Source of the DNA: Bacillales bacterium
Lineage (GTDB): Bacteria; Bacillota_I; Bacilli_A; RF39; UBA660
Assembly: GCA_016288795.1 (NCBI GenBank)
Contig: JAEELI010000002.1
Coordinates: forward strand, 25,153-89,152
Direction of reading: 5' to 3'
DNA length: 64,000 nt
The translations under genes and the position numbers were made by a program. The notes beneath the pieces were generated by a model. It was not told the origin of the DNA and did no database searches. It worked only from the letters and a program-made list of their open reading frames with translations. Positions 9,995 through 19,775 of this stretch are shown here, piece by piece (positions within the stretch are counted from its first letter, which is position 1; every line of letters starts with the position of its first letter).

Positions 9995-11920
9995 TTATTT
10001 TTCAAATAAAAAGTTCATAATACCTCGGGAAACATATTTAGTCCAATAAACTTTACTATAATTATATTTCTGAGTCTTATATATATTGGGTGCTAAAATA
10101 ATAATACTAAACCTAGGATTATCGTAGGGGGCAAAACCAACAAATCCAATTGAAGTTGTTTTTGTATCCATTAAACCATCATTATTTGTATCCACAAATG
10201 TTTCACTAGTGCCTGTTTTGCCCGCCGGGTTATATTTCTTGTCAATATAAGTTCTAGCAGTTCCCTTAGTAGTAGCTAAATGCATAGCTTCCTTTAATCT
10301 TTCAATATATTTATCTTCTAAAGTTATTTTCTTTATTGTTTTATATTCATTTCCTTTACCATTGATACTTTTCATTAGCTGAGGCCTTTTTTTATTACCA
10401 TTATTAGCTAACGTATTAACATATTGAAATAATTCCATTGGTGTATAAGTGTCATATTGGCCAATAGTCAAGTTAAGTAACAAATCTCCACTTTTTTTCG
10501 AACCTATTATACCTATTTTTTCATCAGGCAAATCGATACCAGTCAAATCTCCCAAACCATACTCTTTATACATATTTCTTAATTTATTAAAAGCATCTTC
10601 AGTTTTATTTAAATGCATATTAAACTTATACCTTTCATTAGTAAGTCCCAAAGCAATTCTGAATTGATAATAATTACTGCTCTTACTAATGGCCGTCAAA
10701 TCATTGACGCGCCCAAGTCGTTTATAACTACACTTTATTGGCACTTGATACAGTTTTATACAACCATCATTAACAGATGTTCCAATATCTATAACATTAT
10801 TTTTATAGCCTGTGCTTAAAGTGGCCATTTTAACTATTGAACCTACTGTCCAAGAGGTATTAATCAAACTCGTATTAACATTTTCAAAAGTTCCATTGCT
10901 TTTTATTCTTTGGCCGCTTAAAGCAATAATTTCTCCTGTTTGGGGATTTCCTACAATACTAAACATTTCTTGAAAATAATCTGTATTAGAACGCTTCTTA
11001 GCTTTTATAATATTTTCTTTCAATAATCTTTCTAATTCTTGTTGAGCATCTATATCTATCGATAAAACTAAATCACTTCCCCTTTTTCCTTCTTTTATTA
11101 ATTCTAATTTATTATCTTTAGTAACTTTATATAAATCTTTTTCTCCTTTTAAAACACTATCATATTCTTTTTCTAAGTAGCTTAGACCTACTATATCATC
11201 CAGATTATAACCAAGATTTAAATACTCTTCTTTATTTTCTTTAGGAATACTTCCTATTCTTCCAAATATATCCTTAAGAGAATTGCCATAATTATAAACT
11301 CTTTCCCAAGATATTTCCGTAGTTATTCCTTGTATATTATTATTTATAAGCTCTTTATATTCTTCATCATTAATATTCTTTTTTATTAATTTATTAGCAT
11401 AGGAATAGCCTTGGTTCATTAAGTAATATATGCTTGCACTTTTCTTATCTAGTATCGATAGTTTATCTAGCATATCATCAGTTATTCTTTTATTCTTTAA
11501 ATCCTCTATATCCTTAAGAGTTAGTTTCCTTTCTTTATATAATCTATACTCATCTTTAGTAATTAAATCATCTCCATTATTGTTCAGAATTAGCCAAAAT
11601 TTTTTATAACTATTTTCATTTAAATTAACATTTATAATTTTGGCTAATTCATAGGCTATTTTTATTTCATCATCCCTTTTAATACTATTTAGTTTATGAT
11701 AATAAACACTTTTAACTCCTATATTATCTACCAATACTTTATTATTTCGATCTAATATTCTCCCTCTAGGAGCGCTTTCGCCATAAACATAATTATTTGT
11801 CTTTTGATCTAATAACAATAACCATTTATTCTTCTCTATGACATTTATATATATAAGCCTTAAAACTATAACAAGAAAAATAAAAATTAAATATCCATAT
11901 TTCTTTATCATAATAATCAT
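9995..11920 (-). CDS. Class B penicillin-binding protein (transpeptidase)
   Basis: PRGRILDRN, SIVK (SxxK), SSN (SxN), KTG motifs; N-terminal TM. Confidence 0.92.
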   Translation of the reverse strand: MIIMIKKYGYLIFIFLVIVLRLIYINVIEKNKWLLLLDQKTNNYVYGESAPRGRILDRNNKVLVDNIGVKSVYYHKLNSIKRDDEIKIAYELAKIINVNLNENSYKKFWLILNNNGDDLITKDEYRLYKERKLTLKDIEDLKNKRITDDMLDKLSILDKKSASIYYLMNQGYSYANKLIKKNINDEEYKELINNNIQGITTEISWERVYNYGNSLKDIFGRIGSIPKENKEEYLNLGYNLDDIVGLSYLEKEYDSVLKGEKDLYKVTKDNKLELIKEGKRGSDLVLSIDIDAQQELERLLKENIIKAKKRSNTDYFQEMFSIVGNPQTGEIIALSGQRIKSNGTFENVNTSLINTSWTVGSIVKMATLSTGYKNNVIDIGTSVNDGCIKLYQVPIKCSYKRLGRVNDLTAISKSSNYYQFRIALGLTNERYKFNMHLNKTEDAFNKLRNMYKEYGLGDLTGIDLPDEKIGIIGSKKSGDLLLNLTIGQYDTYTPMELFQYVNTLANNGNKKRPQLMKSINGKGNEYKTIKKITLEDKYIERLKEAMHLATTKGTARTYIDKKYNPAGKTGTSETFVDTNNDGLMDTKTTSIGFVGFAPYDNPRFSIIILAPNIYKTQKYNYSKVYWTKYVSRGIMNFLFEK

Positions 11921-11923
11921 TAT

Positions 11924-11953
11924 TATTATGGGATAATTAGTATTTAGTATTCA
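11924..11953 (-). promoter_or_regulatory. Putative sigma-G-type promoter of PBP gene
   Basis: TGAATA-17 nt-CATAATA on the minus strand. Confidence 0.5.
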
Positions 11954-11990
11954 TTTATAATAAGAAGAATAAACTATATTAGGTGATTTT

Positions 11991-12251
11991 ATGTTTAATA
12001 TAATAGAAAAATTTATTAATAAGATGTCTATAGATGATGTGAATAATTTTGCCTTAAGTAAAAATATTCATTTATCTAATGATGAATTGATATGGACATA
12101 TAACTTTATTAAAAAGAATTATAAGAATTATTTTTCTAACCCCAAAGCTTTTAATATAGATTTATATAAAAATAACTATTCAAAAGAAAACTTTAACAAA
12201 ATTGTTAAAGTTTTCAATGAGTATTCTCAAAAGTATTCTAATTACTTATAA
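11991..12251 (+). CDS. Small hypothetical protein, YqfT/DUF2624-like
   Basis: 86-aa ORF with RBS AGGTGA, convergent with nfo; resembles B. subtilis yqfT, which neighbours nfo. Confidence 0.55.
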   Translation: MFNIIEKFINKMSIDDVNNFALSKNIHLSNDELIWTYNFIKKNYKNYFSNPKAFNIDLYKNNYSKENFNKIVKVFNEYSQKYSNYL

Positions 12252-13144
12252 TAATCTCTAATATCTGCAATTAAATTATTATTAAATTTTCCCTTTTTTA
12301 GCATATCTATTTCAAATTTATATGGAGGATATGATAATTCTTTATCGTTATCACTTTTACTAACATATGGTGTTTCTAGTATCTTAGGAACATTTTTTAA
12401 TCTTGTGTTATTAACTATTTTTAATAATGTTTCAAATCCAATATGGCCAAGTCCAATATTTTCATGACGATCTTTATGGCTTGCTAATGGATTTTTACTA
12501 TCATTAACATGAACACATTTTATTTTATTAACACCAATTATTTTATCAAAATTATCTAAGTAATCATCAAAATGATTCATATCAACGCCTGAATCATTTA
12601 AATGACAAGTATCTAAACAAATACCAATATTATTGGATTTAACGCCATCTAAAATGGTTTTTATTTCCTCCAATGTTTTTCCACATTCACTACCTTTTCC
12701 AGCCATTGTCTCTAAAATAACCATACATTTATCGTTATCATCAATAACAAAGTTTAACGCCTCAATAATATTGTTAATTCCTTCTTCAGTTGTTAGTTTA
12801 ACACTAGATCCTGGATGCAAAACAATGTATTTTATTCCCATTTCTTCGCATCTGCTTATTTCCTTTTTTAAAAAGCTAATAGAAAAATTCCAGGCATCTA
12901 TTTTTTCTTTGTTTGCTAAATTTATTATATATGGAGCATGACAAATAACGTTATTTAATTCTATGTTATTTTGTTTCATTAATTCAATAGCATCACTTGT
13001 CCATTTTTTAGATATTTCGCTTCTAATAGTATTTTGTGGTGCCCCAGTATAAATCATAAATGCATTAGCTCCATAACTAATTGCTTCTTTTGTTGAACCA
13101 AGTAATTGCTCATTATTAAAATGAACATGACTGCCTATAATCAT
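12242..13144 (-). CDS. nfo: Endonuclease IV
   Basis: IGSHV, HAPYIINLA, LHPG, LETMAGKG, CLDTCH, HVNDSK, DRHENIG, ILETP. Confidence 0.97.
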   Translation of the reverse strand: MIIGSHVHFNNEQLLGSTKEAISYGANAFMIYTGAPQNTIRSEISKKWTSDAIELMKQNNIELNNVICHAPYIINLANKEKIDAWNFSISFLKKEISRCEEMGIKYIVLHPGSSVKLTTEEGINNIIEALNFVIDDNDKCMVILETMAGKGSECGKTLEEIKTILDGVKSNNIGICLDTCHLNDSGVDMNHFDDYLDNFDKIIGVNKIKCVHVNDSKNPLASHKDRHENIGLGHIGFETLLKIVNNTRLKNVPKILETPYVSKSDNDKELSYPPYKFEIDMLKKGKFNNNLIADIRDYYK

Positions 13145-13216
13145 AATTTCACTCCTAATTAAATTATAACATAAAAAAATCTCGCTTTCACGAGATTTAA
13201 TTAACTATTATATAGC

Positions 13217-13675
13217 TTAACACTTAGCGTGTGTGCTTGCTGTCCAAGTCGCTGTGCTAAATGCGGTGAAACCAGTATAATCCTCTCTTGTTCCTCCGAT
13301 AATCTTAAACTCATCATTTTTCTTTAAGTTTAATGTAAAAGTATAAGCATTTGTAGAAGTGTTAACTAATACTTTTCCAGAATAAGCAGATGTGTTTCCA
13401 TCATATATTCCTAAGTTTGCTAATTCTTCAACTGTAAAGCAATACTCACTTCCAGAATGATAACTTTTATCAGTTGTAAAAGTTATTTTTCCTAGACCAT
13501 CTAAGCTTACGGCTTCTCTAGCAGCTTTAACAACTTCAGTAGCTTCAACATTGAATGCGTCTCTACGAGCATTTTGCATATATGGAAGTATTGTTGTAAC
13601 ACCAATTACTGTTACAATTGCAAGTATTACGATTACTGCTAGTAATTCGATTAATGTAAAACCTTTCTTATTCAT
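13217..13675 (-). CDS. Type IV pilin-like protein
   Basis: Class III signal KKG|FTLIELLAVIVIL. Confidence 0.9.
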   Translation of the reverse strand: MNKKGFTLIELLAVIVILAIVTVIGVTTILPYMQNARRDAFNVEATEVVKAAREAVSLDGLGKITFTTDKSYHSGSEYCFTVEELANLGIYDGNTSAYSGKVLVNTSTNAYTFTLNLKKNDEFKIIGGTREDYTGFTAFSTATWTASTHAKC

Positions 13676-13692
13676 TATTAAACCCTATTTCA

Positions 13693-14163
13693 TTAACTAC
13701 ATGCTACAGTAGCAGATGTTGACTCTGTTATAGATATAGATCCGGTTGTAGCTTTAGTAGCAAGATATTTCTTTCCATCAGTCATACTTAATTGATATAC
13801 ATATCCGTTACCAGAAGATGCTTTAGTTACTCGAACCGTTCCTGAATACTTGTTACTTGCTGCAGTAGCTGATACAACATTAGCGTCTTTATTCCATAAT
13901 CCTAAATCAACTAGATTCTTTAAAGTGAAGCAATAACCATTTGTGATGCTTGTATAATTATTTGTTATTGAATTAATTTGAATTAAACTTACTGCGTTTG
14001 AAGCAGCATCAATAACATAGTTAGCTTCATCAGTAAATGCATCTTTTCCTGCATTTTGAATGTAAGGTAATATTGTAGTTGCACCAATTACTGTTACAAT
14101 TGCAAGTATTACGATTACTGCTAATAATTCGATTAATGTAAAACCTTTTTTATTATCCATCAT
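13693..14163 (-). CDS. Type IV pilin-like protein
   Basis: KKG|FTLIELL; close paralogue of 14179-14676. Confidence 0.9.
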   Translation of the reverse strand: MMDNKKGFTLIELLAVIVILAIVTVIGATTILPYIQNAGKDAFTDEANYVIDAASNAVSLIQINSITNNYTSITNGYCFTLKNLVDLGLWNKDANVVSATAASNKYSGTVRVTKASSGNGYVYQLSMTDGKKYLATKATTGSISITESTSATVACS

Positions 14164-14178
14164 TATCCTCCGCTTCTA

Positions 14179-14676
14179 TTAACTACAGATATTAGTTGTT
14201 GTTGTTGATTCACTTACTGAAATAGCTCCATCAATTGCTTTAGTAGCAAGGAACTTCTTTCCATCAGTCATGTTTAGTTGGTAAGTATAAGCACTTCCAC
14301 TTTTCATAACTTTAACTTTTCCAGAATACTTGTTGGTTGCTGCAGTATCTGATACAACAGTAGCATCCTTATTCCATAATCCTAAATCAACTAGATTTTT
14401 TAAAGTGAAGCAATATCCTGTTACAGTAGTTCCACTTTTTACTTCTGTATAGTTAGTTGTTACAGAACCAATTTGAATTAAACTAACTGCATTTGAAGCT
14501 GCTTCAACAACGTAATTAGCTTCATCAGAAAATGCATCTCTTCCTGCGTTTTGAATGTAAGGTAATATTGTAGTTGCACCAATTACTGTTACAATTGCAA
14601 GTATTACGATTACTGCTAATAATTCGATTAATGTAAAACCTTTCTTTTCGTTTAAAATATTCATTCCTCTTTTCAC
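14179..14676 (-). CDS. Type IV pilin-like protein
   Basis: KKG|FTLIELL; preceded by a TTGACA-17-TAAGAT promoter. Confidence 0.9.
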   Translation of the reverse strand: MKRGMNILNEKKGFTLIELLAVIVILAIVTVIGATTILPYIQNAGRDAFSDEANYVVEAASNAVSLIQIGSVTTNYTEVKSGTTVTGYCFTLKNLVDLGLWNKDATVVSDTAATNKYSGKVKVMKSGSAYTYQLNMTDGKKFLATKAIDGAISVSESTTTTNICS

Positions 14677-14756
14677 CTATCCTTATTCTAATCTTACAAT
14701 AATTACATTTTAATGTCAATTATATAAATATTATTTTTTTGAGTTTACATTTCTAT

Positions 14757-15602
14757 TTATCCGCTATGAGTATATGAAGTTTGATTTCCTAATTTATCTT
14801 TTATTGTCACTGTTTGACCACTATTAAGGGTTACATCTACTTCAGTGTTATTAACTGATACCCAAGAACCATTTCCTATTTTATAACTATCTATTCCACT
14901 ACCCATATCAGCAAATATTGCTTTATTAGCTGATTTAGATACTACTTGAGGACCTTTATTATCTATTTTCATTGTAATAGTTTTAGAATACATTTTATTA
15001 TCTTTTATATAAGTAAATTTTACTGTATCTCTATACTCATTTTGTGAAGTAATATTAATTGAACTATTACCTTTTTGATCTATTCCACTTGTAGATGACC
15101 ACAAGCAAGTTGTAGTTGAACAACCACTAATCGTGCTATTACCGTTATATGCTGTTAAAGTAACTGTTCCATTAGCGGGTCTAATCCAGTCGCCATTATT
15201 TTTTTCAACACCATTTTGTCTAATAACTATTCTTAGTTGCACTAAACCACTGGATGAATTATCACACTTGACTGTTGCAACATAATAACTACCCTTTAAT
15301 TGCATATATACATTACAATCATTTAATGGAGTATTTGTTGTAGGATCTATTACTTGATTAGAATCATTATCACTTTCTAAATAACCAGATAAAACTAATT
15401 CTTGAACTGTAACGCTTTCTATTTTTGTATCAAAAGCATATTTTGCGCCAGCGATTTCAATATTAGATATAATTTGTTCTTTATTCTTTTCTTTAATATT
15501 GCTACTTAAACTAGTCATCGATACTACTCCTAGAGTAACTATAACACCTAAAATAAATATTGCTGCTAGAAGTTCAACTAAAGTGAAACCTTTTTTATTC
15601 AT
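14757..15602 (-). CDS. Type IV pilin-like protein with C-terminal Ig-like extension (minor pilin)
   Basis: KKG|FTLVELL; QELVLSGYL; beta-rich C-terminus. Confidence 0.85.
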   Translation of the reverse strand: MNKKGFTLVELLAAIFILGVIVTLGVVSMTSLSSNIKEKNKEQIISNIEIAGAKYAFDTKIESVTVQELVLSGYLESDNDSNQVIDPTTNTPLNDCNVYMQLKGSYYVATVKCDNSSSGLVQLRIVIRQNGVEKNNGDWIRPANGTVTLTAYNGNSTISGCSTTTCLWSSTSGIDQKGNSSINITSQNEYRDTVKFTYIKDNKMYSKTITMKIDNKGPQVVSKSANKAIFADMGSGIDSYKIGNGSWVSVNNTEVDVTLNSGQTVTIKDKLGNQTSYTHSG

Positions 15603-15653
15603 ATTATCACCTATAATAATTTTAACTTATTTTATTTTTTTTTACAATAATAA

Positions 15654-16460
15654 TTAACCTAGAGCGATGTCTAAAACCATCATTATTGTAAAGCCCAGCA
15701 TTGTTAAAAAGGAAATAAAATTTGATGAAGTATTTTTTTGACTTTCAGGAATCAATTCACTAACAGCAACATAGATCATTGCTCCGGCGGCAAAGGATAA
15801 GAAAAAAGGTAATATATTTTGAATGTGCAATACTAGTATACAGCCAACTACTCCAGCAATTGGTTCAACTAAACCACTAGATATGCCATATAAAAAAGAT
15901 TTGGTACGTGATAGTTTTTCTCTTCGAAGTGGTAGACTAACCGCACACCCTTCCGGAAAATTTTGAATAGCTATACCTACTGCTAGCATAAAGGCTCCCA
16001 ATAAGGTGGCATCAGGAAGATTTTTTGCGATGGATCCAAAGGCTACACCTATAGCTAAACCTTCGGGAATATTATGAAGGGTAATTGAAAATATTAACAT
16101 TGCACTTCTTCTTATACTATTATTATTATTTTTATGAACCAACAATCTTGCAAATATTCTATCGCTTATAATTAAAAATAATCCACCAGCAAAAAATCCC
16201 AAAGAAACAACTAACCATGGATTTAACTTTAGGCTTTCAGCCCCTTGGATTGCAGGATTAAGTAAAGAAAAAAATGATGCCGCAATCATCACTCCTGCTG
16301 AAAGTCCTAACATTCCATCTAATATCTTTTCATTAACTCTTTTAAACATAAAGACTACAGATGCTCCTAGGGCTGTAACAAAAAAAGTCATTAAGGTGGC
16401 AATAATTGTTTGGACTATAACATTGGAATTAATATAAAAATTTATCATAAAAAAATACAC
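15654..16460 (-). CDS. ZIP family metal transporter (ZupT/GufA)
   Basis: AGVMIAASF, HNIPEGLAIG, QNFPEG, FAAGAM, ELIPE. Confidence 0.93.
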   Translation of the reverse strand: MYFFMINFYINSNVIVQTIIATLMTFFVTALGASVVFMFKRVNEKILDGMLGLSAGVMIAASFFSLLNPAIQGAESLKLNPWLVVSLGFFAGGLFLIISDRIFARLLVHKNNNNSIRRSAMLIFSITLHNIPEGLAIGVAFGSIAKNLPDATLLGAFMLAVGIAIQNFPEGCAVSLPLRREKLSRTKSFLYGISSGLVEPIAGVVGCILVLHIQNILPFFLSFAAGAMIYVAVSELIPESQKNTSSNFISFLTMLGFTIMMVLDIALG

Positions 16461-16570
16461 CCTATTATATTAAATAAACAATAATTAATAAGGTGTAGGC
16501 ACAAAAAAAGAAGATAATACTTCTTTTTTAATAGAGAATTCTCTTCTCAAAAAATAATGGATACTATCTA

Positions 16571-17254
16571 TTAACTAATAGATGAAGTACAAGTAAAGTC
16601 CGCAAATGAAATAGATACATTAAAGTTTGCACCCTTTAAGTCATTTTGATCTGTTGTTTGAAGATTTTTGAAAGTCATTTGAGCTGTTATGTTAACATTA
16701 GCGTCTCCACTAATTGTAGCAGTTCCAGCTTTTGTTCCAAAATTCTTAAGAGTTGCAAAACCTATACCAGTTCCAGATGTTACATCAGTAATAGTTACTC
16801 CACTAGGTAATGTAAGAATTAATTCACCATCATCATCTCCTAATGCAGCATAAGTTCCAGTTTCACCATTGTTATCAGCCATAGTTATTGTAGTATTAAA
16901 TGTACAATTATATGTTTGACCTTGAGCGCTATTGGTTGATGTAATATTTGCTATATTATGAGTAGCCTCAGTTTTTGTTGATACAGCACAGGTTCCGCCA
17001 TTAGTAGCTGCATAATATGTTCCATATGCAGATGATGCATTAGCCATATTATTAACAGGCATGTTAATACATAAAGTATTAGCACTAGAAGACATGGCAA
17101 TTGTACCAGTAGTTCCTGTTTGAGTATTAATTGCTGTTGAATTTGTTAAAGTAGATGATGTAACTGAATAATATGCAAATGTTGCACCAACTACAGCAAC
17201 TAATAAAGTAGCAATAGCAACAACTGTTAATAACATTGTATTTTTCTTATCCAT
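16571..17254 (-). CDS. Secreted protein with SipW-type signal peptide (TasA/camelysin-like)
   Basis: LVAVVGATFAYY signal; Thr/Ser/Asn-rich beta body; QNDLKG near C-terminus; own TTGACA...TAAAAT promoter. Confidence 0.7.
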   Translation of the reverse strand: MDKKNTMLLTVVAIATLLVAVVGATFAYYSVTSSTLTNSTAINTQTGTTGTIAMSSSANTLCINMPVNNMANASSAYGTYYAATNGGTCAVSTKTEATHNIANITSTNSAQGQTYNCTFNTTITMADNNGETGTYAALGDDDGELILTLPSGVTITDVTSGTGIGFATLKNFGTKAGTATISGDANVNITAQMTFKNLQTTDQNDLKGANFNVSISFADFTCTSSIS

Positions 17255-17367
17255 TATTTCCCTCCTCTCATTTTTCATATTCCGAAATACTATCTTCTAT
17301 ATTTCTATAATCATTTTACAAAACTATTTTTTTAGTGTCAATATTTTTTATAAAAAAATGATGAAAT

Positions 17368-18672
17368 TTATTCATCATTTTTGTTCTTAAATTGTAATAT
17401 AATAGGTGTTCCTTCCAAGTCTATAGCCTCTCTTATTTTGTTTTCTAAATACCTTTCATAACTGAAATGAACCAAGGATTTATTATTAACATTGAATGTA
17501 AACTTTGGAGGCACTATATCAGTTTGACTAACAAAATATATTTTTAATCTTTTGCCTTTATAAGAAGGTGGTTCATGTAATGAAACTGCCTCACTTATAA
17601 TATCATTTAACAAGCTTGTTTTTACTTCTTTTCGATTATTTTCATAAGCTTTAATTATTTCTGGCATTAATGTTCCTAATCTTTTTTTAGTCTTTGCTGA
17701 AACAAAAACAAAATTGATATATGGAACAAATTTAAAATATACTTCTAATTCTTTTTTCCATCTTTTTAAATCTTCATTAGGATCTTTTATTGTATCCCAT
17801 TTATTAACTGCAATAACTATTCCTTTTCCAGAATCTATTGCATAAGACAAAATATGTTTATCGTGCTCTATAATACCTTCTTTAGCATCTAAAACTAAAA
17901 CACATACATTACTTCTTTCTATAGCTTTCATGCTTCTAAGAAGGCTGTATTTTTCAACGGTTTCGTAGATGCGTCCCTTTTTTCTCATACCTGCAGTATC
18001 AATAACTATATAATCTTTATTATCATATCTAAATTTAGTATCAATTGCATCTCTAGTAGTCCCAGCTTGGGGAGAGACAATGACTCTCTCTTCGTTTAAT
18101 AAAGCATTTATTAAACTACTTTTTCCAACATTAGGTCTTCCGATAAAAGAAAACTTTAATATATTATCCTCAATAGTTTCTTCTTCTTTAATATCTTTAG
18201 TTAAATACTCTAATAATTCTTTAAAACCTAGGTTATGTTCAGCTGAAACTGACATAACATTATCGAAGCCCAATTCATAAAAACTATAGATATTCTCTTT
18301 TCTTTTTTCATTATCTATTTTATTAACTACAACGACTACTTCTTTATTAGATTTTTTTAACATATTACGGATTTTCTTATCTCCATCAGTAATACCTTCT
18401 AAACCATCTACAACAAATAAAATAGTATCTGCTTCGTCAATAGCAAGCTCTGCTTGCATTATTATATCTTTTTCGAAGAGATTATCATCTCCGTGGATAC
18501 CACCAGTATCTATAACATTAAACTTTTTATTATTGTAATTACATACTCCATAAATACGATCTCTAGTAATTCCAGGCACATCTAAAATAATCGATTTTTT
18601 CTCGCGAATCAATCGATTAAATATACTACTTTTTCCAACATTAGGTTTACCAATTAAAGAAATCGTTTTCAT
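17368..18672 (-). CDS. der: Ribosome biogenesis GTPase Der
   Basis: Two GTPase domains (GKPNVGKSS, GRPNVGKSS) plus KH-like tail. Confidence 0.97.
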   Translation of the reverse strand: MKTISLIGKPNVGKSSIFNRLIREKKSIILDVPGITRDRIYGVCNYNNKKFNVIDTGGIHGDDNLFEKDIIMQAELAIDEADTILFVVDGLEGITDGDKKIRNMLKKSNKEVVVVVNKIDNEKRKENIYSFYELGFDNVMSVSAEHNLGFKELLEYLTKDIKEEETIEDNILKFSFIGRPNVGKSSLINALLNEERVIVSPQAGTTRDAIDTKFRYDNKDYIVIDTAGMRKKGRIYETVEKYSLLRSMKAIERSNVCVLVLDAKEGIIEHDKHILSYAIDSGKGIVIAVNKWDTIKDPNEDLKRWKKELEVYFKFVPYINFVFVSAKTKKRLGTLMPEIIKAYENNRKEVKTSLLNDIISEAVSLHEPPSYKGKRLKIYFVSQTDIVPPKFTFNVNNKSLVHFSYERYLENKIREAIDLEGTPIILQFKNKNDE

Positions 18673-18683
18673 AAAACTCCCTA

Positions 18684-19097
18684 CTAACTACACCTATCGC
18701 TTGTTCCAGCCACCTTAGCATATACTCTCTTATTTTTATAATAAACTATAACAGTATTATTATCTAAATAAGAACTTTTGCCACTTGGGTCAACAATACA
18801 ACCACTTCCACAGTTAACATCTTTATCTTTGTCTAAGTAATCTGGGACAAAATCTTTAACTGTTTTAGATACACATTTATTATTATTATATTTTTTTGAT
18901 GATGCAATTAATTCATTACGGAAATCCTCTCCCCATAAAACTGCAGCCTCTTGAATTAAATCATATTTTTTTTCTAACATCTTATCTTTTATAGCTTGAT
19001 TTTGTCCAGTTATAGATGTAAATGATATTGTTGCTATAATTGCAAGTATTGCTATAACTGCTAATAACTCAATTAATGTAAATCCCTTTTTTTCCAC
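18684..19097 (-). CDS. Type IV pilin-like protein
   Basis: KKG|FTLIELLAVIAIL; C-terminal Cys residues. Confidence 0.88.
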   Translation of the reverse strand: MEKKGFTLIELLAVIAILAIIATISFTSITGQNQAIKDKMLEKKYDLIQEAAVLWGEDFRNELIASSKKYNNNKCVSKTVKDFVPDYLDKDKDVNCGSGCIVDPSGKSSYLDNNTVIVYYKNKRVYAKVAGTSDRCS

Positions 19098-19099
19098 AT

Positions 19100-19684
19100 T
19101 TAATTTCCTTTCAAATACTTTTCTATTATTTCTAATACCTCTTGTCTACCTTTTTTAGTAATTGTAGACCAAGGTAGAAAATCATCTTCTAATTTTAGAG
19201 TATCTTTAATTAATCTATCTTGCTTTGCTCTACTATTCTTAGTTACTTTATCATATTTAGTCGCGACTACCGTAATATTTAATTTATAGTATTTCAAAAA
19301 TGAATACATTAATATATCATCTTCAGTTGGTTTATGACGATAATCAATTAGTAAAAATACATGACATAAGTTTTTTCTATTGATTAAGTAATCCTCAATC
19401 ATAATTCCAAATTTCTTTTGCATTTCCTTAGAAACATTAGCAAAACCATAACCTGGAACATCTACTAAATAAAAATTATTATTTATGTGATAAAAGTTCA
19501 AAGTTTGGGTTTTGCCCGGCTTTGATGATACTCGAGCAAAATTTTTTCTTTCAATTAAAGTGTTAATAAAACTACTTTTACCAACATTACTACGGCCCAA
19601 AAGTAAAAACTCAGGATTATTATCCTCGGGATATTGACTGACTCTAATGGCCGAGATTGGTTCTTCTACAGATTCAATTTGCAT
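19100..19684 (-). CDS. engB: GTP-binding protein EngB/YsxC
   Basis: GRSNVGKSS, SSKPGKT, DVPGYG, TKYDK; likely start ATG at 19684. Confidence 0.95.
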   Translation of the reverse strand: MQIESVEEPISAIRVSQYPEDNNPEFLLLGRSNVGKSSFINTLIERKNFARVSSKPGKTQTLNFYHINNNFYLVDVPGYGFANVSKEMQKKFGIMIEDYLINRKNLCHVFLLIDYRHKPTEDDILMYSFLKYYKLNITVVATKYDKVTKNSRAKQDRLIKDTLKLEDDFLPWSTITKKGRQEVLEIIEKYLKGN

Positions 19685-19775
19685 ATTTGTTTCACCGGTT
19701 TTATTATATATTAAAAATTTGTTATTTGCAAATAATTGGATTAGTGTTAGAATATAAACTACGGTTTTAGGAGGA

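Noticed and set aside
13217-14676. CRISPR array or DGR template/variable repeat in the pilin repeats
   Set aside because: The repeats are coding paralogy, differences are not adenine-specific, and no reverse transcriptase or cas gene is in the window
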